Assembly: GCA_009691245.1 (NCBI GenBank)
Contig: SHUM01000009.1
Coordinates: 7,960-71,959, forward strand
Length of the DNA: 64,000 nt
DNA from: Acidobacteriota bacterium
GTDB taxonomy: Bacteria > Acidobacteriota > Terriglobia > 2-12-FULL-54-10
Direction of reading: 5' to 3'
A program made the position numbers and the translations under genes. Each line of letters opens with the position of its first letter. Positions within the stretch are counted from its first letter, which is position 1. Positions 30,176 to 38,875 of the stretch are shown in pieces. The notes under the pieces are model-generated. The model searched no databases. It saw nothing but the letters and a program-made list of their open reading frames with translations, and was not told the DNA's origin.

Positions 30176-30643
30176 ATGAGAATCTGGACACTTGTGGTTG
30201 TGAAATCTATATTGGTCTCCCTGTTCCTGGTCTTTGTGGTCCAGCCCAATGCCGCGTTTGCTCAGAACCCCAGGAAATCCACTAAGAGGTCTGTCACCCC
30301 AACCAAGCCCGCCGCACCCAAAGCTAAGCCAACGAAAAAACGGCCACTGCGGCGCACCGTTCGACGGCGTGTTGTTACCCCAGCCAATCAACGCATGCCC
30401 ACCAAAGCGCGTTATGCGGAGATACAACAGGCACTCGCTGATGCCGGATACTTTTCCGGCGAGGCAAGTGGGGTCTGGCAGAAGGAAAGCATTGAGGCAA
30501 TGAAAGCCTTTCAAGACTCCCAGGGATTCGAGCCGACCGGCAAGATTGATGCCCGGAGTCTGATCAAGCTGGGTATGGGGCCTGCCTACGGAAGCGCCGC
30601 GACGAATGAATCTGAAGGTGGCGAGGAGCGGGAACCAGGTTAA
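30176..30643 (+). CDS. secreted peptidoglycan-binding domain (PG_binding_1) protein
   Basis: Signal peptide MRIWTLVVVKSILVSLFLVFVV, a Lys/Pro-rich linker, then a PG-binding-like fold (IQQALADAGYFSGEASGVWQKESIEAMKAFQDSQGFEPTGKIDARSL). Confidence 0.65.
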   Translation: MRIWTLVVVKSILVSLFLVFVVQPNAAFAQNPRKSTKRSVTPTKPAAPKAKPTKKRPLRRTVRRRVVTPANQRMPTKARYAEIQQALADAGYFSGEASGVWQKESIEAMKAFQDSQGFEPTGKIDARSLIKLGMGPAYGSAATNESEGGEEREPG

Positions 30644-30729
30644 GCGGCCCTGGTCCAACCGTACCCTACTTAAATTACCTGTTGAGCAGGCACTCTTTCC
30701 CGCAATTTGACAGATCGTGAAAGCGAAAA

Positions 30730-32097
30730 ATGTTGCTCACCAATATTCCTGCTCTTGATGGCTCCCTAAAAACAGACGAGGCAACCCGGCAGGCGTTTTC
30801 CATGGACCTTTGCCGCAATGTGCAACGAGTACCCTTGGCGGTGTTGCAGCCTGCCTCGGGGAGCGATGTGGTGAAGATCGTCCGCTATGCCAATGAGTGC
30901 AACCTGAAGGTAGCCGTGCGCGGGCAGGCGCATTCCCGCTGGGGACAGACGCTCGCGCAGGACGGCATCGTCATCGACTCCAGCACCTTGAATATGGTCT
31001 CGGTGTCCGATGCGGGAGTGGCCGAGGCGCAGACTGGCGCTTATTGGAATGATGTGGTCCAGCCAAGTCTCGCGCGTGGCTTGGTTCCGCCCACGCTCGG
31101 TACTTGCCTGAAGTTGTCTGTCGGAGGCGTTCTCAACGTAGGCGGGTACAGCAATAGCTCGCACCTCCACGGCGGCATCGTGGACAATGTATTGGAACTT
31201 GAAGTGGTAACTGGTGACGGCAGACTTCTCGAATGCTCGGCGCGGCACAACCCGGAATTATTCGAGATGACCCTCGGCGGCATGGGGAATGTCGCCGTCA
31301 TGGTGCGCGCCAAGATCAGGCTCATGCCCGCGCCGGAACAGGTCGTTCGCCAGGACCTTTTCTACGATGACCTCGCCGCCTTCGTGACTGACGCCAGCCA
31401 CTTGGCGCGCAGCCAACTATTTGATCACTTGAATTCGCGCGCGACCCGCCGGAGCGATGGCTGCTGGGTGTACTCGATCAACGTCGGCAAGTTTTATCAC
31501 CGTGGCCAGGAGCCGGAATGGACCATCCTGCCGGAGGGGTTGGCCCGTAAAGAGAATTTGTCGTTCTCGTTCCGGTCCGAGCCGCTGCGGGCCGCGTTTG
31601 TAGATTATTTGGATAGGGAAGTGGGCAAGAATTCCGCTGATCTGGAATCCCGCCGCACGAATCCGCGGCGCGAGCCCTCCATAGCGATGATCTTCCCGGC
31701 ATCGGCCACCAAGGAATTCATGGAGTATTTGGCCGCCACCCCAGCGGACATGGGCGCACTAGCCGACTTTCAATTAAACGCCTACAATGTTCGCCTGCAC
31801 CAGCGTCCGCTTTACAAGTTCCCCGACGAGGATGTCGCCTTCGGCTTCTGGCTCTATCCGCGCAACGTTGCGCTGGACGATGACGCGGCTTTTCAGAATG
31901 CCCTGGAGGTGAATCAGCGCATGTTGGAGCGCATGCGCGCAGTGGGCGGCAAGGCCTACCTCCCTTACGCGCCGTATCAAACAGCGCAGGAGTGGCAGGA
32001 GCACTACGGATCGGAAGTGTGGAAGCGGTTGCAGGTGGCCATGCAGGCCTATGATCCGAACCGAGTGCTTGGTCCATCTCTGGGCGCTTTCGATTAG
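30730..32097 (+). CDS. FAD-binding PCMH-type oxidoreductase (cytokinin dehydrogenase-like family)
   Basis: FAD_binding_4 motifs (VAVRGQAHSRWGQTLAQDGIVID) and a CKX-like C-terminal segment (YLPYAPYQTAQEWQEHYG...AYDPNRVLGP). Confidence 0.75.
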   Translation: MLLTNIPALDGSLKTDEATRQAFSMDLCRNVQRVPLAVLQPASGSDVVKIVRYANECNLKVAVRGQAHSRWGQTLAQDGIVIDSSTLNMVSVSDAGVAEAQTGAYWNDVVQPSLARGLVPPTLGTCLKLSVGGVLNVGGYSNSSHLHGGIVDNVLELEVVTGDGRLLECSARHNPELFEMTLGGMGNVAVMVRAKIRLMPAPEQVVRQDLFYDDLAAFVTDASHLARSQLFDHLNSRATRRSDGCWVYSINVGKFYHRGQEPEWTILPEGLARKENLSFSFRSEPLRAAFVDYLDREVGKNSADLESRRTNPRREPSIAMIFPASATKEFMEYLAATPADMGALADFQLNAYNVRLHQRPLYKFPDEDVAFGFWLYPRNVALDDDAAFQNALEVNQRMLERMRAVGGKAYLPYAPYQTAQEWQEHYGSEVWKRLQVAMQAYDPNRVLGPSLGAFD

Positions 32098-32282
32098 GGA
32101 TTAACTACGTAATCTGGCATGCAACAAATATGCATACCGCACCGCCGCGGTAGCAGACAATTTCCGTATTCTTCAACCTCGCCTCGCGGTAGAATCCTTT
32201 GACGGGTGGCAGGCGGTGGATGTCGATTATATTGGCGGTTTGCATTGCGCCAAGAGAGAACTACTTCGCAAGAGAGGGACAC

Positions 32283-33419
32283 ATGAAAGCCAAACTTATA
32301 GTAGCGATGCTTAGCCTCGCCGCGCTTGCAGGAATTTCGTGCTCCCGTCCGCCTGAAGCGGCCACCGAGATTGTCATTGGCGAATACGGGTCGCTGACCG
32401 GCACTACGGCGACCTTCGGCAAATCCACCAAGAACGGCATTGATTTGGCAATCGATGAAATCAATAAGCAGGGTGGCGTTCTCGGCAAACAGATCCGTGT
32501 AGTTGTTGAGGATGATCAAGGCAAGCCCGAAGAGGCGCAGACTGTGGTCACTAAGCTGATCACGCGCGATCGCGTTGTCGCCATTCTCGGCGAGGTGGCG
32601 TCCTCGCGCACTCTGGCCGCCGCGCCTGTTGCTCAGCAAAACAGGATTCCGATGATCACCCCATCCTCCACCAATCCCCGAGTTACCCAGATTGGCGATT
32701 ACATTTTCCGCACCTGCTTCATTGACCCGTTTCAGGGGTTCGTGATGGCCAAGTTTGCCAGTACCACATTGAAGGTCAAGAATGTCGCCATTCTGCGCGA
32801 CATCAAGAACGATTACTCGGTTGGCCTTGCTGATGTGTTTGTTGAGAATTTCACCAAGATGGGGGGCCTGATCGTCTCCGATTTGAGCTACAGCGAAGGA
32901 GACACGGATTTCGGTGCTCAGCTCACCGCGATGAAGGCTAAAAAGCCAGAAGCCATCTTCATCCCTGGATATTACACTGAGGTCGGATTGATCGCCCGGC
33001 AAGCTCAGAAGCTGGGTATAACCATCCCCATGCTCGGTGGAGACGGCTGGGATTCGCCGAAGCTGTGGGAGATCGGTGGCGAAGCGCTCAACGGTTCTTA
33101 TTATTCCAACCATACTTCCATGGACGATCCTAGTCCGGTCATTCAGAAGTTTGTTGCTGATTACAAAGCGCGTTTTAATGAGTTGCCGGATTCGCTGGGC
33201 GCGAACGCCTACGATTCAGCCCGTATCCTGGTCGATGCCATTCGCCGCGCCGGCACCACTGAGTCGGCAAAACTGCGCGATGCTCTGGCCCAGACGAAAG
33301 ACTTTCCCGGAATTGCCGGCCCCATCACCATTGATGCCAACCGCAACGCGGTGAAACCGGCTGTCATCCTTCGCGTCAACAACGGGAAGCTGGATTTCGT
33401 TGAGAGAGTTACCCCGTAA
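32283..33419 (+). CDS. branched-chain amino-acid ABC transporter substrate-binding lipoprotein (LivJ/LivK family)
   Basis: Lipobox LAGISC, a type I periplasmic binding fold and Leu/Ile/Val-binding family motifs. Start at MKAKLIV with an AGAGAGGG RBS. The antisense ORF 32094..33113 is spurious. Confidence 0.85.
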   Translation: MKAKLIVAMLSLAALAGISCSRPPEAATEIVIGEYGSLTGTTATFGKSTKNGIDLAIDEINKQGGVLGKQIRVVVEDDQGKPEEAQTVVTKLITRDRVVAILGEVASSRTLAAAPVAQQNRIPMITPSSTNPRVTQIGDYIFRTCFIDPFQGFVMAKFASTTLKVKNVAILRDIKNDYSVGLADVFVENFTKMGGLIVSDLSYSEGDTDFGAQLTAMKAKKPEAIFIPGYYTEVGLIARQAQKLGITIPMLGGDGWDSPKLWEIGGEALNGSYYSNHTSMDDPSPVIQKFVADYKARFNELPDSLGANAYDSARILVDAIRRAGTTESAKLRDALAQTKDFPGIAGPITIDANRNAVKPAVILRVNNGKLDFVERVTP

Positions 33420-33587
33420 GCCTCTGTGTTATGACGGCCAGTGAGGGCGCCGCCACTCCCTTGCGGCTGGCCTGTGCCTGCGTAACCTCCGCCGTGGGTA
33501 CTGTGGCTTCCTCCCGCATTCCAAATTGGGTACCATAGCCGCTGGATAGTCTTCCCCAAAAGGCGCGGGCAAGTTAAGCTGAACAGC

Positions 33588-34649
33588 ATGGCCACTTTTC
33601 TGCAGCAGTTGATCAATGGCATCTCGCAGGGCAGCGCCTATGCGCTGATTGCACTCGGCTACACGATGGTCTACGGAGTGCTTCGGCTGATCAATTTCGC
33701 CCATGGCGACGTCTACATGTTCGGCGCTTACATGGGTTTTTATCTGGCCAATAATAAGTGGATTCAGTCGAACGTTGGAACCTCAACGGCCGGCGCTGTC
33801 GTGGTGATGGTGGGCGCGATGGCGCTTTCGGCGGGATTGGGTATAGTCATCGAGCGGTTCGCATATCGCCCCGGGCGAAGCGGCGCGCGCTTCACGCTGG
33901 CGTTTTGGCTCGGAATCGTTGGTGCCGGGATCGGGCATCTCGTCCGCCCCAACCTTTTTTCGCTCGCCGTCGGCGCGGGCGTCGGCATTTTTCTCGGAGT
34001 AATTCTTGAGCAAGCCGGCCTGAAACCGGTGCGACAAAACTCGCGTCTCTCGCTGCTGATAATCGCCATCGGAGTTTCGCTGGTCATGGAAAATGGTGGC
34101 CAGCAGGTATTCGGAGTCGACCCCAAATTTTTCCCGCAGATCATTTCCACCACGCTCTGGCATGTAGGAGAGCTGACCATCGATAGCCAGAAGGTGATCG
34201 TGCTGGCTGTCTCAATTCTATTGATGATCCTGCTGAACCTGTTTGTGAAGTACACCAAGACGGGCAAGGCCATGCGCGCCGTGTCTTTCAATTTGGATGC
34301 CGCCAGGTTGATGGGTATCAATACGGATCGCATCATTGCGCTGACCTTTGCGATCGGCTCGGCGCTGGCCGCCGCCGGAGGCATTCTTGTCTCGCTGTTG
34401 TATCCGAAAATCGATCCATTGATGGGCATCATGCCCGGCCTCAAGGCTTTTGTCGCGGCGGTGCTGGGAGGAATCGGCAACATCACCGGTGCCATGCTGG
34501 GCGGATTGATCGTGGGCATGGCCGAGGTTATGGCCGTTGGCTACGGACAATCCACTTACCGGGATGCCATCGCCTTCATCATTCTCATCTTGATATTGCT
34601 GCTGAAGCCCGCCGGAATTATGGGTAAGGGCGTGGTGGAAAAAGTATGA
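33588..34649 (+). CDS. livH: branched-chain amino-acid ABC transporter permease LivH
   Basis: LivH family with FAHGDVYMFGAYMGF and a C-terminal GYGQSTYRDAIAFIIL. Confidence 0.85.
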   Translation: MATFLQQLINGISQGSAYALIALGYTMVYGVLRLINFAHGDVYMFGAYMGFYLANNKWIQSNVGTSTAGAVVVMVGAMALSAGLGIVIERFAYRPGRSGARFTLAFWLGIVGAGIGHLVRPNLFSLAVGAGVGIFLGVILEQAGLKPVRQNSRLSLLIIAIGVSLVMENGGQQVFGVDPKFFPQIISTTLWHVGELTIDSQKVIVLAVSILLMILLNLFVKYTKTGKAMRAVSFNLDAARLMGINTDRIIALTFAIGSALAAAGGILVSLLYPKIDPLMGIMPGLKAFVAAVLGGIGNITGAMLGGLIVGMAEVMAVGYGQSTYRDAIAFIILILILLLKPAGIMGKGVVEKV

Positions 34650-35614
34650 GGAAGTGGGTCTACTGGTTGGTCGCCATCGCCGCCCTGGCGGGCTTGCAAG
34701 CCAGCTTGAAAGGCCTGATTGGGGCCTACAACTACCAGATCGTCATCCTCGTCGGCATCAACATTATTCTCGCCGTCAGCCTGAATTTGATCAATGGAGT
34801 AACCGGCCAGTTTTCTATTGGCCACGCCGGATTTTACGCCGTCGGCGCGTATGCCTCCGCCGCAGTGGTCTTCTATGGCGGCCCCTCGATTCGCGCCGCA
34901 ATCGCCTTCTTGCCGGCGATGGCGCAGGACGGCGTGCTGTTGCTGCTCGGGTCTTTCGCCGCTGCCGTCGTTGCTGGACTAGCCGGCTTGGCCGTGGGCA
35001 TACCCTCGCTGCGTTTGCGAGGAGACTACTTGGCCATTGTCACTTTGGGATTTGGTGAGATCATTCGCGTGCTCATCCTGAACCTCGACTTCATCGGTGG
35101 CTCACGGGGCTTTTCAGGCATCCCGCAACTCAGCAATTTCTTCTGGGTATACCTTGCTGTTCTGATTACCATCATCTCCATACACAATCTAGTGCATTCC
35201 AGTTACGGCCGCGCCTTCGTTTCAGTTCGTGACGATGAGATTGCCGCCGAGGCCATGGGCGTTGATACCACGCGCATCAAAGTGATGTCGTTCGTCATCA
35301 GTTCCATGTTCGCGGGGATCGCCGGAAGCCTGTTCGGCCATTACACCATGTACCTGCATCCCAACTCGTTTCTGTTCACTACGTCATTCAACATCATCAT
35401 CATGATTGTCATCGGGGGCCTCGGCAGCATTGAAGGCGCGGTGCTGGGAGCGATTCTCATCACCATCATCCTGGAAGTATTCCGCGAATTCGGAGCGATG
35501 CGCTTGGTCAACTTTTCAATCTTGCTGGTCTTGATCATGTTGTATCGGCCCCAGGGGTTGCTGGGCACATGGACCGTATTCAAGAAGAAGGGCAGCGCTG
35601 CTCCGGCGAATTAG
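34646..35614 (+). CDS. livM: branched-chain amino-acid ABC transporter permease LivM
   Basis: LivM family (SIGHAGFYAVGAY, SLRLRGDYLAIVTLGFGEI). 4-nt overlap with livH. Confidence 0.85.
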   Translation: MRKWVYWLVAIAALAGLQASLKGLIGAYNYQIVILVGINIILAVSLNLINGVTGQFSIGHAGFYAVGAYASAAVVFYGGPSIRAAIAFLPAMAQDGVLLLLGSFAAAVVAGLAGLAVGIPSLRLRGDYLAIVTLGFGEIIRVLILNLDFIGGSRGFSGIPQLSNFFWVYLAVLITIISIHNLVHSSYGRAFVSVRDDEIAAEAMGVDTTRIKVMSFVISSMFAGIAGSLFGHYTMYLHPNSFLFTTSFNIIIMIVIGGLGSIEGAVLGAILITIILEVFREFGAMRLVNFSILLVLIMLYRPQGLLGTWTVFKKKGSAAPAN

Positions 35615-35617
35615 ACT

Positions 35618-36379
35618 ATGGGCATTCTGGACATCAAGGCCTGCACGAAACGGTTCGGCGGACTGGTCGCCGTCAAGGACCTGAACATGTCCCTTCAGCC
35701 GGGCGACCTCTATGGCCTGATCGGGCCGAATGGTGCGGGCAAGACCACGATCTTCAATTTGATCACGGGCGTCTACGCGCCCGACGAAGGCTCCATCGTG
35801 CTCGATGGGATGGCGATCCATAGGCGGAAGCCCTCCGCCATCGCGCGGTTGGGGATGTCGCGGACATTCCAGAACATCCGCTTGTTTCAGAGCATGACCG
35901 TTCTCGAAAATGTGAAGCTCGCCCGGCACATGCGGAAAAGGCAGGGATTGCTGGATGCGATCGTGCGCACCGATCAGTTGAAAGAGGAAGAGAAAGAAGT
36001 CGAGCACGATGCCTTCGAGCTGCTGAAGATATTTAATCTCGACGCGCGGGCGCATGAGCTGGCTCGCAACCTCCCCTACGGCTCGCAGCGGCGCCTGGAG
36101 ATCACTCGCGCGCTGGCGACCAAACCCAAAGTGTTGCTGCTCGATGAGCCGGCGGCGGGCATGAATCCGCAGGAAGCGCGCGAGCTGATGCGATTGATCC
36201 AGTGGAGCCGCGACCAGTTCCAGATTACGATCCTGCTGGTCGAGCACAACATGCAGGTGGTGATGGGCGTGTGCGAGAAAATCCAGGTGGTCGATTACGG
36301 CGAAACCATCGCGCTCGGCAGTCCGCGGGAAATTCAGGACGATCCGAAGGTGATCGAAGCCTACCTTGGGGGAGCCTAA
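35618..36379 (+). CDS. livG: branched-chain amino-acid ABC transporter ATP-binding protein LivG
   Basis: Walker A GPNGAGKTT, signature LPYGSQRRLEI, Walker B LLLDEPAAGM and a LivG-type C-terminal helix. Confidence 0.9.
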   Translation: MGILDIKACTKRFGGLVAVKDLNMSLQPGDLYGLIGPNGAGKTTIFNLITGVYAPDEGSIVLDGMAIHRRKPSAIARLGMSRTFQNIRLFQSMTVLENVKLARHMRKRQGLLDAIVRTDQLKEEEKEVEHDAFELLKIFNLDARAHELARNLPYGSQRRLEITRALATKPKVLLLDEPAAGMNPQEARELMRLIQWSRDQFQITILLVEHNMQVVMGVCEKIQVVDYGETIALGSPREIQDDPKVIEAYLGGA

Positions 36380-37110
36380 TGCCGCACCAAATGTCCGATG
36401 TGATGCTGGAATTGAAAAATGTTTCTAGCGGCTACGGCGCTATTGAGGCGCTGAAGTCAGTGAACCTGCGCATCGAGCAGGGGGAGATCGTTACCCTAAT
36501 CGGGGCCAACGGCGCCGGCAAATCCACCACGCTGCGCAGCATCACCGGGCTTGTCCCGCCCGTCTCCGGCGACATCCTGTTTGAAGGCCGGCGGCTGAAC
36601 GATCTACCCACTCACAAAATAGTCGCGCTCGGCATCTCGATGGCCCCGGAGGGCCGCGCGATTTTTGCCAATCTCACTGTCGCGGAAAACCTGGAGTTGG
36701 GCGCATACCTACAGCACGATCAAGCCCAGAACGAAAGGCAGTTGGATCGAGTTCTCACCCTGTTTCCGCGCCTGGCGGAACGGCGGAAGCAACAGGGTGG
36801 AACTTTGAGTGGAGGCGAGCAGCAGATGCTGGCCATCGGGCGCGCGCTAATGTCGCGCCCGCGTCTGCTGCTGCTCGACGAGCCGTCGCTAGGTCTGGCG
36901 CCGCTGCTGGTGCATACAATATTTGCCGCGATTGACGCCATCAATAAAGAGGGCACCACCATCCTGCTGGTGGAGCAGAACGCCAACGCCGCGCTGAAGC
37001 ATTCGCATCGCGCCTACGTGCTGGAGACCGGCTGCATCGTCATGGAAGGCCCATCCCAACAATTGGCCAGCGATCCGCGCGTAAGAGAAGCCTACCTCGG
37101 CGAGAAATGA
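36379..37110 (+). CDS. livF: branched-chain amino-acid ABC transporter ATP-binding protein LivF
   Basis: Walker A GANGAGKST, signature LSGGEQQMLAI, Walker B LLLDEPSLGL. ATG overlaps the livG stop by 1 nt. GGGGGAG RBS. Confidence 0.9.
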   Translation: MPHQMSDVMLELKNVSSGYGAIEALKSVNLRIEQGEIVTLIGANGAGKSTTLRSITGLVPPVSGDILFEGRRLNDLPTHKIVALGISMAPEGRAIFANLTVAENLELGAYLQHDQAQNERQLDRVLTLFPRLAERRKQQGGTLSGGEQQMLAIGRALMSRPRLLLLDEPSLGLAPLLVHTIFAAIDAINKEGTTILLVEQNANAALKHSHRAYVLETGCIVMEGPSQQLASDPRVREAYLGEK

Positions 37111-37185
37111 GAGCGGCTTGCCGATTTAATCCGCAATTCGGAATCGTCCTTCTTGATCTTGAGCAAGTGAGGTAAATTAAGGGCC

Positions 37186-37701
37186 ATGAAACGACATACA
37201 ACTGCGCTGTTTCTGATGCTTACATTGCTGGCGGCGGGAGCGTCACTCGCCCAGCAAGCCGCGCCGCACCATTTCGTACATGTTCCGGAAAAGCTCGCTT
37301 GGAAAGACGCGCCCGCCTCGCTGCCCAAGGGCGCGCAAGTGGCGGTGCTGCGCGGCGACCCCGCGCAGGCCGGACTGTTCACCATGCGCCTGAAATTTCC
37401 CGCTGGGTATATCGTCTCGCCCCACTGGCACACCGCCGACGAACACGTCACGGTGATCTCCGGTGTGCTCTACATAGGCGCGGGGGAAAAGTACAGTGAA
37501 CGTGAAGTGGAAGCCATCCGCCCCGGCACGCTGATGGTGATGCCTGCCACGCACCGCCACTTCGCGCACTTCCGCGAAGAAACCGTCCTGCAACTGCACG
37601 GCCTGGGACCCTGGGTGGTGAACTACATCAGCCCCGCCGACGACCCGCGAAACATGATGCAGCCGAGGAAAGAAACGCCCTCAGTTGCATTACAAAAATA
37701 G
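37186..37701 (+). CDS. secreted cupin-domain protein
   Basis: Signal peptide plus a cupin beta-barrel with HWH...H metal-ligand-like pattern (SPHWHTADEHVTV, MPATHRHFAHF). Confidence 0.6.
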   Translation: MKRHTTALFLMLTLLAAGASLAQQAAPHHFVHVPEKLAWKDAPASLPKGAQVAVLRGDPAQAGLFTMRLKFPAGYIVSPHWHTADEHVTVISGVLYIGAGEKYSEREVEAIRPGTLMVMPATHRHFAHFREETVLQLHGLGPWVVNYISPADDPRNMMQPRKETPSVALQK

Positions 37702-37739
37702 ATGTACGATAATGTATATACAACCCGGACGATCGCGGA

Positions 37740-38042
37740 ATGCGCATAGAGTGGGATGAGCAAAAGGAGCGCAATAACTGGCGGAAGCACCGGGTTCACT
37801 TCGATGTGGCTGCGCGCGTCTTCGACGATCATCACGCGGTAACCGCGCACGACCGGGTTGTGGATGGAGAGGTGCGCCGGCAGACCATCGGTGTGGTTCC
37901 CATCTCGACGGGTGGGGCCATGATGCTGCTGGTTGCGCACACCGCAGAGGATGAGGAAGACAACGAGGTGGTCCGGCTCATCTCAGCGCGCAAGGCCGAT
38001 GCCTACGAAAGGAAGACTTATGAATCAGCGCAGACGAAATAG
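37740..38042 (+). CDS. brnT: BrnT family toxin (DUF497, RelE-like fold)
   Basis: MRIEWDEQKERNNWRKHRVHFDVAARVFDDHH...VRLISARKA matches BrnT/DUF497. Confidence 0.75.
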   Translation: MRIEWDEQKERNNWRKHRVHFDVAARVFDDHHAVTAHDRVVDGEVRRQTIGVVPISTGGAMMLLVAHTAEDEEDNEVVRLISARKADAYERKTYESAQTK

Positions 38043-38298
38043 GACAGTGAAGGACCATGACCGTGAACTCACGGCGTTGATGCGCATGAAGGATGAGGAC
38101 ATCGATTACAGCGATATCCCCCGGATAAAGGACTGGAGCAAGGCGGTAGTGGGAAAGTTCTACCGGCCGGTGAAAAAATCCGTTAGTATTCGCGTGGATG
38201 CCGACGTGCTGGCCTGGCTGAAATCGCAAGGCACGGGCTACCAGACCCGCATCAACAGCCTGCTGCGTCAGGCCATGGAGCATCCCACCCGCCGCTGA
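38020..38298 (+). CDS. brnA: BrnA antitoxin (DUF4415/COG3514)
   Basis: The BrnA-like sequence is DIDYSDIPRIKDW...KKSVSIRVDADVLAWLKSQGTGYQTRINSLLR. It overlaps the brnT 3' end by 23 nt. AGGAAG RBS. Confidence 0.7.
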   Translation: MNQRRRNRTVKDHDRELTALMRMKDEDIDYSDIPRIKDWSKAVVGKFYRPVKKSVSIRVDADVLAWLKSQGTGYQTRINSLLRQAMEHPTRR

Positions 38299-38335
38299 TC
38301 CGACCTGCCCGTAAAAAAATAAGCGTGGGGAAAGC

Positions 38336-38869
38336 ATGGCCGTGCGCATCCACATCATTGGCGGGCCGGGAAGCGGAAAGACATTCGCGGCACGGCAACT
38401 CTCACGCCGCTTTGGTGTACCAGCATACGATCTGGATGACTTGTTTTGGAATTCTTCGGTGCAATCCTATGGATTGCGGGCTTCCGAGGCTGGCCGGGAA
38501 GCTAAACTCACGGCCATCCTTCAGCAGCCGGATTGGATTGTTGAAGGCGTTTATTACAGTTGGCTTCGTCCCAGCTTCGAAAGGGCGCAAATTATTTTCG
38601 CGTTGCGCCCTAACGTATTATTGCGCGATTATCGCATCCTGAAACGGTTTGTCGGTAGGAAACTGTGGATGGTATCCACGAAGCGTGAAGGAGTTCTCGA
38701 CCTCTTGCGGCTTCTTTCATGGAACCACCGCTACGATGCAGACAATCTTGCCCCGGCTATAGCTTTCATTGATGGACTGCAGCGTGAGGTTGTGACCGTC
38801 GAATCTCCCAGTGAAATTCTCGATCAGGCCGATGCCATTTCCAGCATCGATCAAGCTGAGGTAAAGTAG
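38336..38869 (+). CDS. P-loop NTPase, adenylate-kinase-like (topology modulation protein/FlaR-like family)
   Basis: Walker A IIGGPGSGKTFAARQL at the N-terminus, an NMP-kinase-like fold, 177 aa. Confidence 0.65.
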   Translation: MAVRIHIIGGPGSGKTFAARQLSRRFGVPAYDLDDLFWNSSVQSYGLRASEAGREAKLTAILQQPDWIVEGVYYSWLRPSFERAQIIFALRPNVLLRDYRILKRFVGRKLWMVSTKREGVLDLLRLLSWNHRYDADNLAPAIAFIDGLQREVVTVESPSEILDQADAISSIDQAEVK

Positions 38870-38875
38870 GGAACT

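Noticed and set aside
32094-33113. 339-aa ORF on the minus strand
   Set aside because: It is entirely antisense to the well-supported LivJ-type substrate-binding protein gene, it has no domain signal, and its composition is typical of shadow ORFs in high-GC DNA.
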